A stretch of 63,402 nucleotides of DNA, counting the filler, from Octopus bimaculoides (taxonomy: Eukaryota): NCBI RefSeq assembly GCF_001194135.2. It is 7 parts of 7 records of this genome, joined end to end, with 100 filler letters (N's around TTAATTAATTAA, not from the genome) between each part and the next. Parts side by side here need not be neighbours in the genome. Positions count along the whole stretch, not along the records: positions 62,290 to 63,402 come from NW_026376988.1; 6 more parts are not named here. The stretch is one strand, 5' to 3'. The position numbers and the translations under genes are program-made. The notes under the pieces are model-generated. The model saw nothing but the letters and a program-made list of their open reading frames with translations, was not told where the DNA came from and searched no databases. Position 1 is the first letter of the stretch; each line of letters opens with the position of its first letter. Shown here one piece after another: positions 63,146 to 63,402 of the stretch.

Positions 63146-63402
63146 AGCAGTTTTGTGGAGCGGCGAAGGTTATTAACTAACAAGAAAAACTGCATGGTTC
63201 AATTCTCACCCACAACTGCTAAACAGTCCCTTGTGGGACTAATTTTACAATAGGATTACATTCCATCCATACCTGTATGAATCTATATACACACACATTT
63301 GTTTACATGTATATACATATATACAAACATACACACATACTAACACTCCAACATATACATACACATATGCTCATATATAACTATGAAGCTAAATAATTGA
63401 CA

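Noticed and set aside
1-63402. CRISPR arrays, rRNA genes, operon-like prokaryotic systems
   Set aside because: There are no repeat-spacer arrays, rRNA motifs or dense ORFs; the window is eukaryotic non-coding DNA.

Overview
About 63 kb of a gappy draft scaffold (roughly 9 kb of N) from an AT-rich, extremely microsatellite- and SINE-rich animal genome. The SINE types and repeat load suggest a coleoid cephalopod (Octopus-like); this is inference. The only host coding sequence I can support is the first coding exon of an SLC22-family organic cation transporter (+, 61531-61673), preceded by a splice acceptor and followed by a GT donor. The rest is intronic or intergenic DNA holding at least five tRNA-derived SINE families and decayed transposon remnants: a Tc1 DD34E transposase, two Helitron 3' ends (one with a PIF1-helicase fragment), two Penelope-like elements (PLEs), two Tx1/L1-like LINEs, one RTE LINE and two LINEs ending in a restriction-like endonuclease (RLE). 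The most unusual signal is a set of minimal hammerhead ribozyme motifs. One lies in the 3' tail of a tRNA-headed SINE that also carries a PLE-style inverted terminal duplication (6847-7154). One has a fully intact core at the 3' end of a PLE remnant (12603-12657). A third is a degenerate candidate (8702-8744). Together they suggest a Pol III SINE mobilised by Penelope-like machinery. Also present are a 104-bp inverted repeat with a nested SINE, a perfect 30-bp hairpin about 1 kb upstream of the SLC22 start, and a probable assembly duplication at the left edge. Nearly all ORFs in the supplied track are artefacts of gaps or microsatellites.
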